A stretch of DNA of 59,449 nucleotides, filler included. It is 3 parts of 3 records of this genome, joined end to end, with 100 filler letters (N's around TTAATTAATTAA, not from the genome) between each part and the next. Parts side by side here need not be neighbours in the genome. Positions count along the whole stretch, not along the records: positions 29,215 to 53,828 come from SRR20825006_2255; 2 more parts are not named here. One strand, written 5' to 3'. A program made the translations under genes and the position numbers. The notes under the pieces were generated by a model. The model searched no databases and was not told the origin of the DNA. It was given only the letters and a program-made list of their open reading frames with translations. This document shows positions 31,908 through 40,503 of this stretch, in pieces (position 1 is the stretch's first letter; the number at the start of each line of letters is the position of its first letter).

Positions 31908-33248
31908 ATGTCTTTATCTTTAGAAGCCGTATCACCCATAGACGGTAGATATGCCAGTAAAACCGAAGCGCTCTCCGCATACTTTTCAGAAAAAGCGCTT
32001 ATAAAGTACCGCATAAAAGTTGAAATAGAATATTTTATCGCGCTTTGTGAAATTCCGCTGCCACAGCTTAGCGAATTTCCTAAAGAAACGTATCCTAAAC
32101 TGCGTGCGATCTATGAAGACTTCACTACCGAAGATGCGCTTAAAGTAAAAGAAATTGAAGGCGTTACCAACCACGATGTAAAGGCGGTAGAATACTTTAT
32201 CAAAGAAAAATTTGATGCTTTAGGGCTTAACGAATCTAAAGAATTTATTCATTTTGGCCTGACCTCTCAGGATATCAATAATACGGCTATACCGCTGAGT
32301 TTAAAAGACGCCACTAATCACGTTTACCTTCCGCAGCTTTTAGAAGTTGTAGATCATCTTAAACAACTTGCAGATGAGTGGGATGGTATTTCTATGCTTG
32401 CGCGTACACACGGGCAGCCGGCTTCTCCTACCCGTTTAGGCAAGGAAATTCAGGTATTCATCGTGCGTCTTGAGGAGCAAATAAAACTTTTAAAAGCAGT
32501 ACCAAGTGCTGCAAAATTTGGTGGCGCAACCGGAAACTACAACGCGCACCACGTGGCGTATCCGCAAATTGACTGGAAAGCTTTTGGACATTCTTTTGTA
32601 AACGGGACACTAAAGTTGCATCACTCCTTCCCTACTACACAAATTGAGCATTACGATCATATGGCGGCTTTATTTGATTCGGTAAAGCGTATCAACACGA
32701 TTCTGATTGACCTAAACCGCGACTTCTGGCAATATATTTCTATGGAATATTTTAAGCAGAAGATCAAAAAAGGCGAAGTAGGTTCTTCGGCGATGCCGCA
32801 TAAAGTGAATCCAATTGATTTTGAAAATAGCGAAGGAAACTTAGGAATCGCCAATGCGATCTTAGAACATCTTTCGGCAAAATTGCCTATTTCAAGATTA
32901 CAACGAGATCTTACAGATAGTACGGTTTTGAGAAATATTGGCGTGCCTTACGGGCATACTTTAATAGGTTTACAAAGCACCTTAAAAGGCTTGAATAAAT
33001 TATTGCTCAACGAAAGTAAGTTTGCTGAAGATCTTGAGGACAACTGGGCGGTGGTTGCTGAAGCGATTCAGACCATTTTACGTAGAGAAGGTTACGCAAA
33101 TCCGTATGAGGCTCTAAAAGGACTCACACGTACCAATGAGGCAATTACCCAGAATTCTATGCACGCTTTTATAGAAACTTTAGAGGTGAGTAGCGCGATT
33201 AAAGACGAATTAAAAGCGATTACTCCGGCTAATTATACCGGTATTTAA
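31908..33248 (+). CDS. purB: Adenylosuccinate lyase
   Basis: SPIDGRY, TNHDVKAVEY, RTHGQPA, GSSAMPHKVNPIDFENSEGN. Confidence 0.98.
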   Translation: MSLSLEAVSPIDGRYASKTEALSAYFSEKALIKYRIKVEIEYFIALCEIPLPQLSEFPKETYPKLRAIYEDFTTEDALKVKEIEGVTNHDVKAVEYFIKEKFDALGLNESKEFIHFGLTSQDINNTAIPLSLKDATNHVYLPQLLEVVDHLKQLADEWDGISMLARTHGQPASPTRLGKEIQVFIVRLEEQIKLLKAVPSAAKFGGATGNYNAHHVAYPQIDWKAFGHSFVNGTLKLHHSFPTTQIEHYDHMAALFDSVKRINTILIDLNRDFWQYISMEYFKQKIKKGEVGSSAMPHKVNPIDFENSEGNLGIANAILEHLSAKLPISRLQRDLTDSTVLRNIGVPYGHTLIGLQSTLKGLNKLLLNESKFAEDLEDNWAVVAEAIQTILRREGYANPYEALKGLTRTNEAITQNSMHAFIETLEVSSAIKDELKAITPANYTGI

Positions 33249-33412
33249 TGCAGTATAAATTTTCGCTAAATCTGGTTCTGGTTGTACTGCTTTACGCAGG
33301 AATACTCATCGCAGGACTCACCGGAATACTTACAAAAACACCGGTGCTTATAGTTTTAGCGCTTATTTTTCTGATTTTAATCATCAACTTAATAAAAACG
33401 AGACGCAAATAA
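33248..33412 (+). CDS. Small 54-aa two-TM membrane protein (below the ORF-track cutoff)
   Basis: MQYKFSLNLVLVVLLYAGILIAGLTGILTKTPVLIVLALIFLILIINLIKTRRK*; TAATG overlap with the purB stop. Confidence 0.6.
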   Translation: MQYKFSLNLVLVVLLYAGILIAGLTGILTKTPVLIVLALIFLILIINLIKTRRK

Positions 33413-33427
33413 GCTGCGTCTCGTTTT
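33395..33427. terminator. Bidirectional terminator between the purB and ackA transcripts
   Basis: AAAACGAGACGCA-7nt-TGCGTCTCGTTTT. Confidence 0.85.
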
Positions 33428-33430
33428 CAT

Positions 33431-34612
33431 TTAGATCAAATCGTATACTTGATTGGCGATCTCTAACTCTTCATTTGTGGGGATCACCAGCACTTTCACT
33501 TTAGATGCTTCAGACTGAATTTCGCGTAAATTTTTAGAACGCTGGCCATTTAAACTTTCATCTAGAGCAATACCTAAATAATCCATATCCTTACAGGCTT
33601 TGCTGCGTATCGTACTACTATTCTCTCCTATTCCGGCTGTGAATACTATAGCATCCAGACCATTTAAAGCAGCCGCATACGCACCGATGTATTTTTTGAT
33701 TCGATACGCGTTCATATCTAAAGCAAGCGCACAAGTGCGATCTCCAGATGCTGCTGCAGCCTCAATATCACGCAAATCGCTATGGCCTGTAAGACCTAGC
33801 ATTCCACTTTTTTTGTTAAGCAAATCGCTGACTTCTTTGACAGAATAGCCTAAATGCTCTTGCATAAAAAACACTACACTTTGATCAATATCTCCGGCTC
33901 GCGTACCCATAATGAGTCCGTTTGCGGGGCCAAAACCCAACGAAGTATCAATGGCCTTACCGTCTTTAATCGCAGTCATACTACAGCCATTTCCTAAATG
34001 AATGCTAATCAGCTTAGCATATGGATTATCAAGATATTCAAGGGCTTTATTACTCACATACTTGTGACTTGTTCCGTGAAAACCATAAGCGCGAATGCGT
34101 GATTCTTCCATCAAATTTTGCGGAATCGCATATTGATACGCCTTCTGTGGAATACTCTCAAAAAATGCAGTATCAAAAACGCAGACTTGCGGCGCTTTAC
34201 TAAATAAATGCTCTGCGACTTCAATACCGGTTAAATTCGCCGGGTTATGTAAAGGTGCCAGTGAAAATAAGCGCTTGATGTTAGCTTTAACCTCATCGTT
34301 CACTTTTATGGTTTTGGTAAACTGCTTTCCGCCGTGTACCACGCGATGCCCCACCGCGTCCACCTCATTAGCACTCTTGATGACACCGATTTCTGTGCTC
34401 ATTAAAAGACTTGCAACTTTTTGAAGTCCTTCAGCGTGATCTTTAATATCTACCTTTTCAGAAAAATCTGCGGTTTTAGTTTTATAGGAAATGCTTCCGT
34501 TTTCGATACCTATGCGCTCAACTACTCCACTAGCCAAGACGTGCGTTTCGGGCATTTGAATAAGCTGAAACTTGATCGAAGAGCTTCCGGAGTTGATTAC
34601 GAGTATATTCAT
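33431..34612 (-). CDS. ackA: Acetate kinase
   Basis: VINSGSSSIK, GHRVVHGG, APLHNP, YGFHGTSH, HLGNG, IPTNEEL. Confidence 0.98.
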   Translation of the reverse strand: MNILVINSGSSSIKFQLIQMPETHVLASGVVERIGIENGSISYKTKTADFSEKVDIKDHAEGLQKVASLLMSTEIGVIKSANEVDAVGHRVVHGGKQFTKTIKVNDEVKANIKRLFSLAPLHNPANLTGIEVAEHLFSKAPQVCVFDTAFFESIPQKAYQYAIPQNLMEESRIRAYGFHGTSHKYVSNKALEYLDNPYAKLISIHLGNGCSMTAIKDGKAIDTSLGFGPANGLIMGTRAGDIDQSVVFFMQEHLGYSVKEVSDLLNKKSGMLGLTGHSDLRDIEAAAASGDRTCALALDMNAYRIKKYIGAYAAALNGLDAIVFTAGIGENSSTIRSKACKDMDYLGIALDESLNGQRSKNLREIQSEASKVKVLVIPTNEELEIANQVYDLI

Positions 34613-34632
34613 TTAAAAATCTTTGTTGGAAA

Positions 34633-36729
34633 TTAGTTAAAACCTTGTGCTTGAATAGCAGTGATGATCACGGTGTTAAACACATCTTCAATGGTGCAAC
34701 CACGACTCAAATCATTTACCGGTTTATTGAGCCCTTGCAACATTGGACCAATCGCCAAAGCGCCGGTTTCTCGCTGTACCGCTTTATACGTATTGTTACC
34801 CGTATTCAAGTCAGGAAAAATCAAAACGCTTGCCTGCCCCGCAACTTCAGAATCAGGTAATTTACTTTTCCCAATAGCTGCATCAACAGCGGCGTCATAT
34901 TGAATAGGCCCTTCGATTTTAAGATCAGGACGTTCTTTTTTAACAATTTCGGTAGCTTCGCGTACGCGATCAACATCTGCACCCTTCCCGGAAGTACCGG
35001 AAGAATACGAGAGCATTGCAATTTTAGGTTCTATACCAAAAGCGAGACTGCTTTCTGCGGAAGAAATAGCGATCTCAGCCAGTTCTGTAGCCGAAGGATT
35101 CGGGTTAATCGCACAATCGCCAAATACCGAAACGCGATCCTCAAGACACATAAAAAACACCGAAGAAACCACCGAAACACCCGGCTTGGTTTTAATGAAC
35201 TGAAGCGCTGGTCTGATCGTATGCTGCGTCGTATGCGCCGCACCACTTACCATCCCGTCGGCGTGGCCTTTATAAATCATCATCGTACCGTAGTACGAAA
35301 CATCAGCCATCCAATCCCGGGCGATATCGCGATTCACGTTTTTATGTTTACGCAGCTCGTAAAAAGTTTCTACGTAATCATCAAAATGTTCAGATTGTAC
35401 AGGATTGATTACTGTGATTTTTTCTAAGTCTAGGACTAAACCAAGCTGAACGGCTTTTTCTTTGACTTTTTCAATTTCGCCAAGCAGCGTTATCTGAACG
35501 ATATCTAACTCTACCAATTGGATGGCAGCGGTTAAAATACGCTCATCAGTACCTTCGGGCATCACGATATGTTTTTTAGCCGTACGCGCGCGTTTCATCA
35601 GTCCGTATTGAAACATTCTTGGCGTGATTCCCTTTGGTTTAAGATTGATCAAACGCTCTATGAGTTTATCAAAAGAAACTTCTTTAGAAAACACCGTTAG
35701 CGAGGTTTCGATCTTTGGTTTACTGCTGGCGTAAATCTTAGATTTAATATTCCCGACTCTGTTGGTCACAGAAAATGTTCCGTCATTTACCGAAACGATA
35801 GGAACGATTTGTGACAGTCCTTGAATAAGTTGTAAAATAGGTTCTTCAGGCTTGAGTCCACCGGTTAAGATGATCCCTGAAATACGCGGATAATTGGTAG
35901 AAATATTCGCCTGAAGCGCCCCAAGAATGATATCTGCGCGATCTCCGGGCGTAATTACCAGACTATCTTGCTTAAGATGCGTTAAGTAGTTGCGCAGTTG
36001 CATCGCTCCCACACCGAAATTTCCGGTTTGATTATCAAGAAATTCAGCACCAAATAAAACTTCACCATCTAATTCTTCAACGATCTCTTTAATAGTTGGA
36101 TGCGCTAATTTTTCAGTATATGGAATCGCAAAAACTTCAACCGAATCCGGCAAAAAGTTGCTAAGGCCATTTTTAGCCACCATTAGATTTTCCTCCTGAA
36201 CCTTGTTAGCCACCACCGCTAAAACCGAAACATCACGCTCTAAGAAAGAAGTATAGGCAATCTGCAAACTGCCCATAAGTTCGTCTTCGGTTTTATTTAC
36301 CCCGCTTCCAACGAGGATCACCGGCAATCCAAGATTTTTGGCGATAAGAACATTCGTATCAAATTCAAAAACGCTTCCTTCTCCAGTAAAGTCTGAACCC
36401 TCTACCAACACAAAATCAAAACGATCTTCAAGATTTTTATACTTCGTAATAATGGTGTCAAGAATTTCACCAGACTTCCCTTTATTCCGTTTTTTGATCA
36501 GTTGGCTGCTGGTAAATGCATAGGCATCTTCATAATCAAGCTTGATATCAAAAAAAGAAAGCACAGTACTGATGTGATTATCTTTACCTGTGCTTTTGCT
36601 ATCATCAATGATAGGCCTAAAATAACCCACCTTTGCAGTTTTACCTAAAAGCGTGCGCATCAAACCCAATGAAATAATAGATTTCCCGCTATTGGGTTCG
36701 AGTGTCGCGATATAAATACCTTTATTCAT
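34633..36729 (-). CDS. pta: Phosphate acetyltransferase (long form, BioD-like/DRTGG + PTA)
   Basis: N-terminal P-loop-like and TPGDR/LTGG; GDCAINPNP, GPIQYDAA, FPDLNTGNNTYK, DLSRG. Confidence 0.98.
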   Translation of the reverse strand: MNKGIYIATLEPNSGKSIISLGLMRTLLGKTAKVGYFRPIIDDSKSTGKDNHISTVLSFFDIKLDYEDAYAFTSSQLIKKRNKGKSGEILDTIITKYKNLEDRFDFVLVEGSDFTGEGSVFEFDTNVLIAKNLGLPVILVGSGVNKTEDELMGSLQIAYTSFLERDVSVLAVVANKVQEENLMVAKNGLSNFLPDSVEVFAIPYTEKLAHPTIKEIVEELDGEVLFGAEFLDNQTGNFGVGAMQLRNYLTHLKQDSLVITPGDRADIILGALQANISTNYPRISGIILTGGLKPEEPILQLIQGLSQIVPIVSVNDGTFSVTNRVGNIKSKIYASSKPKIETSLTVFSKEVSFDKLIERLINLKPKGITPRMFQYGLMKRARTAKKHIVMPEGTDERILTAAIQLVELDIVQITLLGEIEKVKEKAVQLGLVLDLEKITVINPVQSEHFDDYVETFYELRKHKNVNRDIARDWMADVSYYGTMMIYKGHADGMVSGAAHTTQHTIRPALQFIKTKPGVSVVSSVFFMCLEDRVSVFGDCAINPNPSATELAEIAISSAESSLAFGIEPKIAMLSYSSGTSGKGADVDRVREATEIVKKERPDLKIEGPIQYDAAVDAAIGKSKLPDSEVAGQASVLIFPDLNTGNNTYKAVQRETGALAIGPMLQGLNKPVNDLSRGCTIEDVFNTVIITAIQAQGFN

Positions 36730-36815
36730 GGAGAGGAGAATTGTTTGTGTAAAATTACGATTTCATAAGCAAAGAAGAACCTGATTTAAGTCATTGTTTA
36801 AACTAATTCTAAATA

Positions 36816-36844
36816 AAAGAAGAGCTCCTTAAGAGCTCTTTTTA
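36816..36844. terminator. Terminator after the DUF4252 operon
   Basis: AAGAGCTC-CTTAA-GAGCTCTT with A/T runs on both sides. Confidence 0.75.
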
Positions 36845-36864
36845 CTATCAACTTTGGATTTTCA

Positions 36865-37401
36865 CTAATTGAAAACATCCATTATACCTTCAAACTGGCC
36901 GGTGTTTAATCCTGCACTGCTTGTATCCATCGTTTCTGCGAAGCGTACCATATCTGCTACGTTCATATCATCTCCTAAAACACGCGCTAAAACAAAACCT
37001 TTATTGTTATCCTGAGCAAAAACCACCACCTCGTCAATTGCGTCCTCGTCTCCTTTGATAAAAATACGCATACGTTGTTCGGTACTGCCCAACTTCATCA
37101 ACTCATCATAATGATCCCCTTTTAAAATCGCTTTTACCTTTCCGGTTTCCGAAGTATAAAAAGCGGTATCCTTAAGCGAATAAGCCAACAAATTAATTTT
37201 CTTTACTGACGCTATCACCTTTTTTTGTTCGGGTGAAAGCGTTTCACTCTTAGGACTGATCAAACTGGTAGGCAGATCAACCATAATAAAGTCTTCGTTT
37301 TCTTTACTGTCTATATAATATTCTTGCAAAGACTGCTGGTTATTGCAGCTCATCAATGTCGCAACAACTACAAACAGCAAACTAAATTTGAATAATTTCA
37401 T
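36865..37401 (-). CDS. DUF4252 family lipoprotein
   Basis: Lipobox LMSC, SLQEYYID, YDELMK, IDEVVVF, ARVLGDDM. Confidence 0.85.
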   Translation of the reverse strand: MKLFKFSLLFVVVATLMSCNNQQSLQEYYIDSKENEDFIMVDLPTSLISPKSETLSPEQKKVIASVKKINLLAYSLKDTAFYTSETGKVKAILKGDHYDELMKLGSTEQRMRIFIKGDEDAIDEVVVFAQDNNKGFVLARVLGDDMNVADMVRFAETMDTSSAGLNTGQFEGIMDVFN

Positions 37402-37402
37402 C

Positions 37403-37927
37403 TTAATTGACTTTTACGTTTTTCAACTCATCGCTTCCCTTAAAATTGATGCTATTGGCAATTTTGCCGATTTCTTTAAGGTCTATATTTCCGGTGATCT
37501 TGATAAGAACAGTATCGTCATCATTAGTTTCTCCGTCAATAAACATTAAAAATTCGCTTACAAAGTCATCACTTTTGCCAGGCTTGTAATAAAAATTCAC
37601 ATTTTTACCATCGTCCTTCACGCTCATAAGTTGCTCTAACTTTTCACTTGCTTTATATGAACTAAATTCTGCTTTCATCGCTTTTGCTGCATTAGCATTT
37701 TTAGTAGAAAACAACTTTATATCTTCAAGGCTATTGACCATATCGATATAATTTTTCATTTCAGGATCGTTAGAATCAAGATCCATCTTTCCTAGCAATT
37801 TGAACATCTTTTGATTCATGACCAATGAGGTCACGTCTTTCATATCTTCAAATCTGTCAAAGCTCTTTTGAGCATAAGTGCTAAGGCTTAAGCCTACTAA
37901 CATTAGGGTAATTACTAATTTATTCAT
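37403..37927 (-). CDS. DUF4252 family exported protein
   Basis: Signal ending YAQ, FDRFEDMKDVTSLVMNQKMF, LEQLMSVKD, EFLMF, ITGNIDL. Confidence 0.87.
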   Translation of the reverse strand: MNKLVITLMLVGLSLSTYAQKSFDRFEDMKDVTSLVMNQKMFKLLGKMDLDSNDPEMKNYIDMVNSLEDIKLFSTKNANAAKAMKAEFSSYKASEKLEQLMSVKDDGKNVNFYYKPGKSDDFVSEFLMFIDGETNDDDTVLIKITGNIDLKEIGKIANSINFKGSDELKNVKVN

Positions 37928-37943
37928 CGTTTTTTGATTTTGA

Positions 37944-38381
37944 TTATTTTTTAATTTCATTGGCGGTTTCTTCAAAAGTGTCTAACTTATCAAGCTGACC
38001 GGTGCTTTTATTCATAAAGTTACCCATCATAAACAGCGCTTGTTTTGTTTTTAAGGCTGCTACATCCGGATCTTTATAAGTACCCAAGTCGTGCTCAGAA
38101 GCTTGCTTTTGATTAAAGGTTAAAAAGAGTCCTACACACAGGATGATACTTGCGGCCACAGGCACCCAGCGCCAGGATCTTTTTGTTTCCGGCAGTACTA
38201 TCGTACGGTTAAAGCCTTCCTCTTTAGCTTTGGCAAAAGCCCCAAAGATAGGCACGTACTCTGCCAGATGCGGAGCCACTTTATCACTAGTAAAGTACTC
38301 CTGCAACTGTGCTTCTTGCTCTAAGGTCGTTTCCCCCTCAAAGTAAAGCTCAAGCAGTTGTTCTATTCTATTTAATTCCAT
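37944..38381 (-). CDS. Putative single-pass anti-sigma factor
   Basis: IEQLLELYFEGETT N-terminus, TM VAASIILCVGLF, short tail; overlaps the sigma gene. Confidence 0.7.
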   Translation of the reverse strand: MELNRIEQLLELYFEGETTLEQEAQLQEYFTSDKVAPHLAEYVPIFGAFAKAKEEGFNRTIVLPETKRSWRWVPVAASIILCVGLFLTFNQKQASEHDLGTYKDPDVAALKTKQALFMMGNFMNKSTGQLDKLDTFEETANEIKK

Positions 38382-38877
38382 AGTTGTGTTTTTTTAACAA
38401 TTGTTCGCGTATTGTTTTTCGAGCTCTAGACAGCGTAACACGAACCGCTGTTTCATTTAAATCTAATTCTTTGGCAATTTCACTATTAGAATATTGTTCA
38501 ACATCCCGCATATGTAAAATTAATCGTTGTTGCTCGGGTAATTCTTTCATCAATTTCAGTACCCAATTTACACTGTCATTATTTTCACTGGCTTTAACCG
38601 TATTGTAATGCTGATCTTCATAATTGCTATGCACCAGCTGCAAATTGCTACTGCTTTTTGCTTTGAGCTTGTCGTAACAATAATTTTTAGTCATCGTTAC
38701 CGCAAAAGCTTCAATACTTCGCAACTTTTTTATCTTCTTACGGTTAGACCATAGTTTGACAAGAATCTCTTGAGTGGCATCTTGTGCTTCATCTTCAGAG
38801 ACCAGCAAACGCTTTGCTAAGCGATACAGCCGATCCTGAATAGGAGTTACCTGTGCTAAAAACTCTTTTTGATTCAT
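38368..38877 (-). CDS. ECF RNA polymerase sigma factor
   Basis: Region 2 (LYRLAKRLL..EAQDATQE..KLW) and region 4 (LPEQQR..EIAKEL..VRVTLSRARK). Confidence 0.95.
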   Translation of the reverse strand: MNQKEFLAQVTPIQDRLYRLAKRLLVSEDEAQDATQEILVKLWSNRKKIKKLRSIEAFAVTMTKNYCYDKLKAKSSSNLQLVHSNYEDQHYNTVKASENNDSVNWVLKLMKELPEQQRLILHMRDVEQYSNSEIAKELDLNETAVRVTLSRARKTIREQLLKKHNYGIK

Positions 38878-38903
38878 TCTTACTAGCGGTTAGTTACAAG
38901 GAT

Positions 38904-38929
38904 GACGATCCACTATAAATTTTGTTACA
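38904..38929 (-). promoter_or_regulatory. Candidate ECF autoregulatory promoter
   Basis: Minus strand TGTAAC-N16-CGTC ending 26 nt before the sigma ATG; matches the generic ECF AAC/CGT pattern. Confidence 0.65.
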
Positions 38930-38988
38930 TTAAAAAGTATAAATACAATAATACCGCTAAATTTAGAGTTGATTAGTAAATTGCTGAA

Positions 38989-40464
38989 ATGAAAAAAATT
39001 ACCCTATCGCTTACATTGCTGACCCTACTTATACTCGCTTCCTGCAGTAAGGACCGCGATGACGAACTCGCTCCATTAGCTGAACTCGAAATAGAGAATT
39101 TTATCTATAACGGGATGCAGTTGTATTACCTCTATAAACCTGAAATACCTCAGTTAGGCAATACTTTTTTTGAAAGCACTACTGACCTCAATGTGTATTT
39201 GTCAGGTTTTGCAGGACCTGAAGATCTTTTTTACAACGGTCTGGTTGCAGATGTTGACCGTTTTAGTTTTCTAAGTGACGATTATCGTGATTTAGAAAAC
39301 AGTTTTGCCGGAGTGACTAAAACTTCAGGTATAGATTACGGACTAGCTCTTGATCGCAACGATCCTAACTTTGCTTTTGCTTACGTGCGTTATGTGATGC
39401 CCAACACTTCGGCATCTCAAAATGGCGTAACCCGCGGAATACTATTTAACACCATTAATGGTGAGCGACTTACAACTACGGCAAATGGTGATGGTACCTA
39501 TTCATTAAGCGCCAGATCGCGAGAATTGCTTAATCTTGATAGTTACACGATTGCTTTAGCCGAATTTGACAGCAACGAAGACCTACAGCCTACGGGTGTT
39601 TCCATTGATCTTGTTCAAGAAGAATACACCGAAAATCCGGTGTTTATCGCCAAAACAATAGACATTGATGGCAGCAAAATAGGGTATTTGATGTATAATG
39701 CCTATCGCCGAAATTTTGATAGTGATCTTAATGCCGCCTTTGCACAATTTCAGGCAGATGGTGTTACTGATCTAGTTTTAGATCTGCGTTATAATGGTGG
39801 AGGTTCGGTAGAAACTGCGATTGATTTAACTTCGATGATCACAGGTCAGTTCAATGGAGAAATTATCACTCAACAGCAATGGAATCCGGAAATTCAAGCG
39901 GCGTTTGAAGCTGATGATCCTGAATCTTTAATCGATCGTTTTGACAATACCATCTCTGACGGAAGCACGATCAACAGTCTTAACTTGTCCCGTTTATTTG
40001 TCATAGGAACCGGAAGTACCGCTTCGGCAAGTGAGTTGACCATTATAGGATTGCAACCTTATATTGACGTGCAAACCGTAGGTACCACCACCGTAGGTAA
40101 ATTTCAGGCTTCGATAACGCTTTACGACTCTGAGACTTTCCGCAGAAACGATGAGACGTTAAATCCGCGGCATTTTTATGCCATTCAACCTTTAGTGTAT
40201 ACATATGCTAATGCGAATGGTGTAGTAGGACCACCTGCCGGGATCACTCCGGATTTTGAGTTACGAGAAGACATTTCAAATCTGGGTACTCTAGGAGAAG
40301 CAGATGAGCCGCTATTGAGCCTAGCACTCGATCAGATCTTAGGAAGAAGCTATGCTTCTAAGAATAAGTCTGGTACAATATTTGAAACTTTTGGAGAGCG
40401 TAAAAACCAAACGGCGACCTATCAACGTATGTATATTGAAGCCCTGCCTAATTATGTAAAATAA
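38989..40464 (+). CDS. S41 family (C-terminal processing) peptidase lipoprotein, paralog 1
   Basis: Lipobox LASC, DRFS, PDZ-like segment, IGYLMYN, DLRYNGGG, TASASE, GTTTVGK. Confidence 0.92.
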   Translation: MKKITLSLTLLTLLILASCSKDRDDELAPLAELEIENFIYNGMQLYYLYKPEIPQLGNTFFESTTDLNVYLSGFAGPEDLFYNGLVADVDRFSFLSDDYRDLENSFAGVTKTSGIDYGLALDRNDPNFAFAYVRYVMPNTSASQNGVTRGILFNTINGERLTTTANGDGTYSLSARSRELLNLDSYTIALAEFDSNEDLQPTGVSIDLVQEEYTENPVFIAKTIDIDGSKIGYLMYNAYRRNFDSDLNAAFAQFQADGVTDLVLDLRYNGGGSVETAIDLTSMITGQFNGEIITQQQWNPEIQAAFEADDPESLIDRFDNTISDGSTINSLNLSRLFVIGTGSTASASELTIIGLQPYIDVQTVGTTTVGKFQASITLYDSETFRRNDETLNPRHFYAIQPLVYTYANANGVVGPPAGITPDFELREDISNLGTLGEADEPLLSLALDQILGRSYASKNKSGTIFETFGERKNQTATYQRMYIEALPNYVK

Positions 40465-40503
40465 ATCTTATATTCCGCAATAATTTAATTTAAACCCCTT
40501 AAC

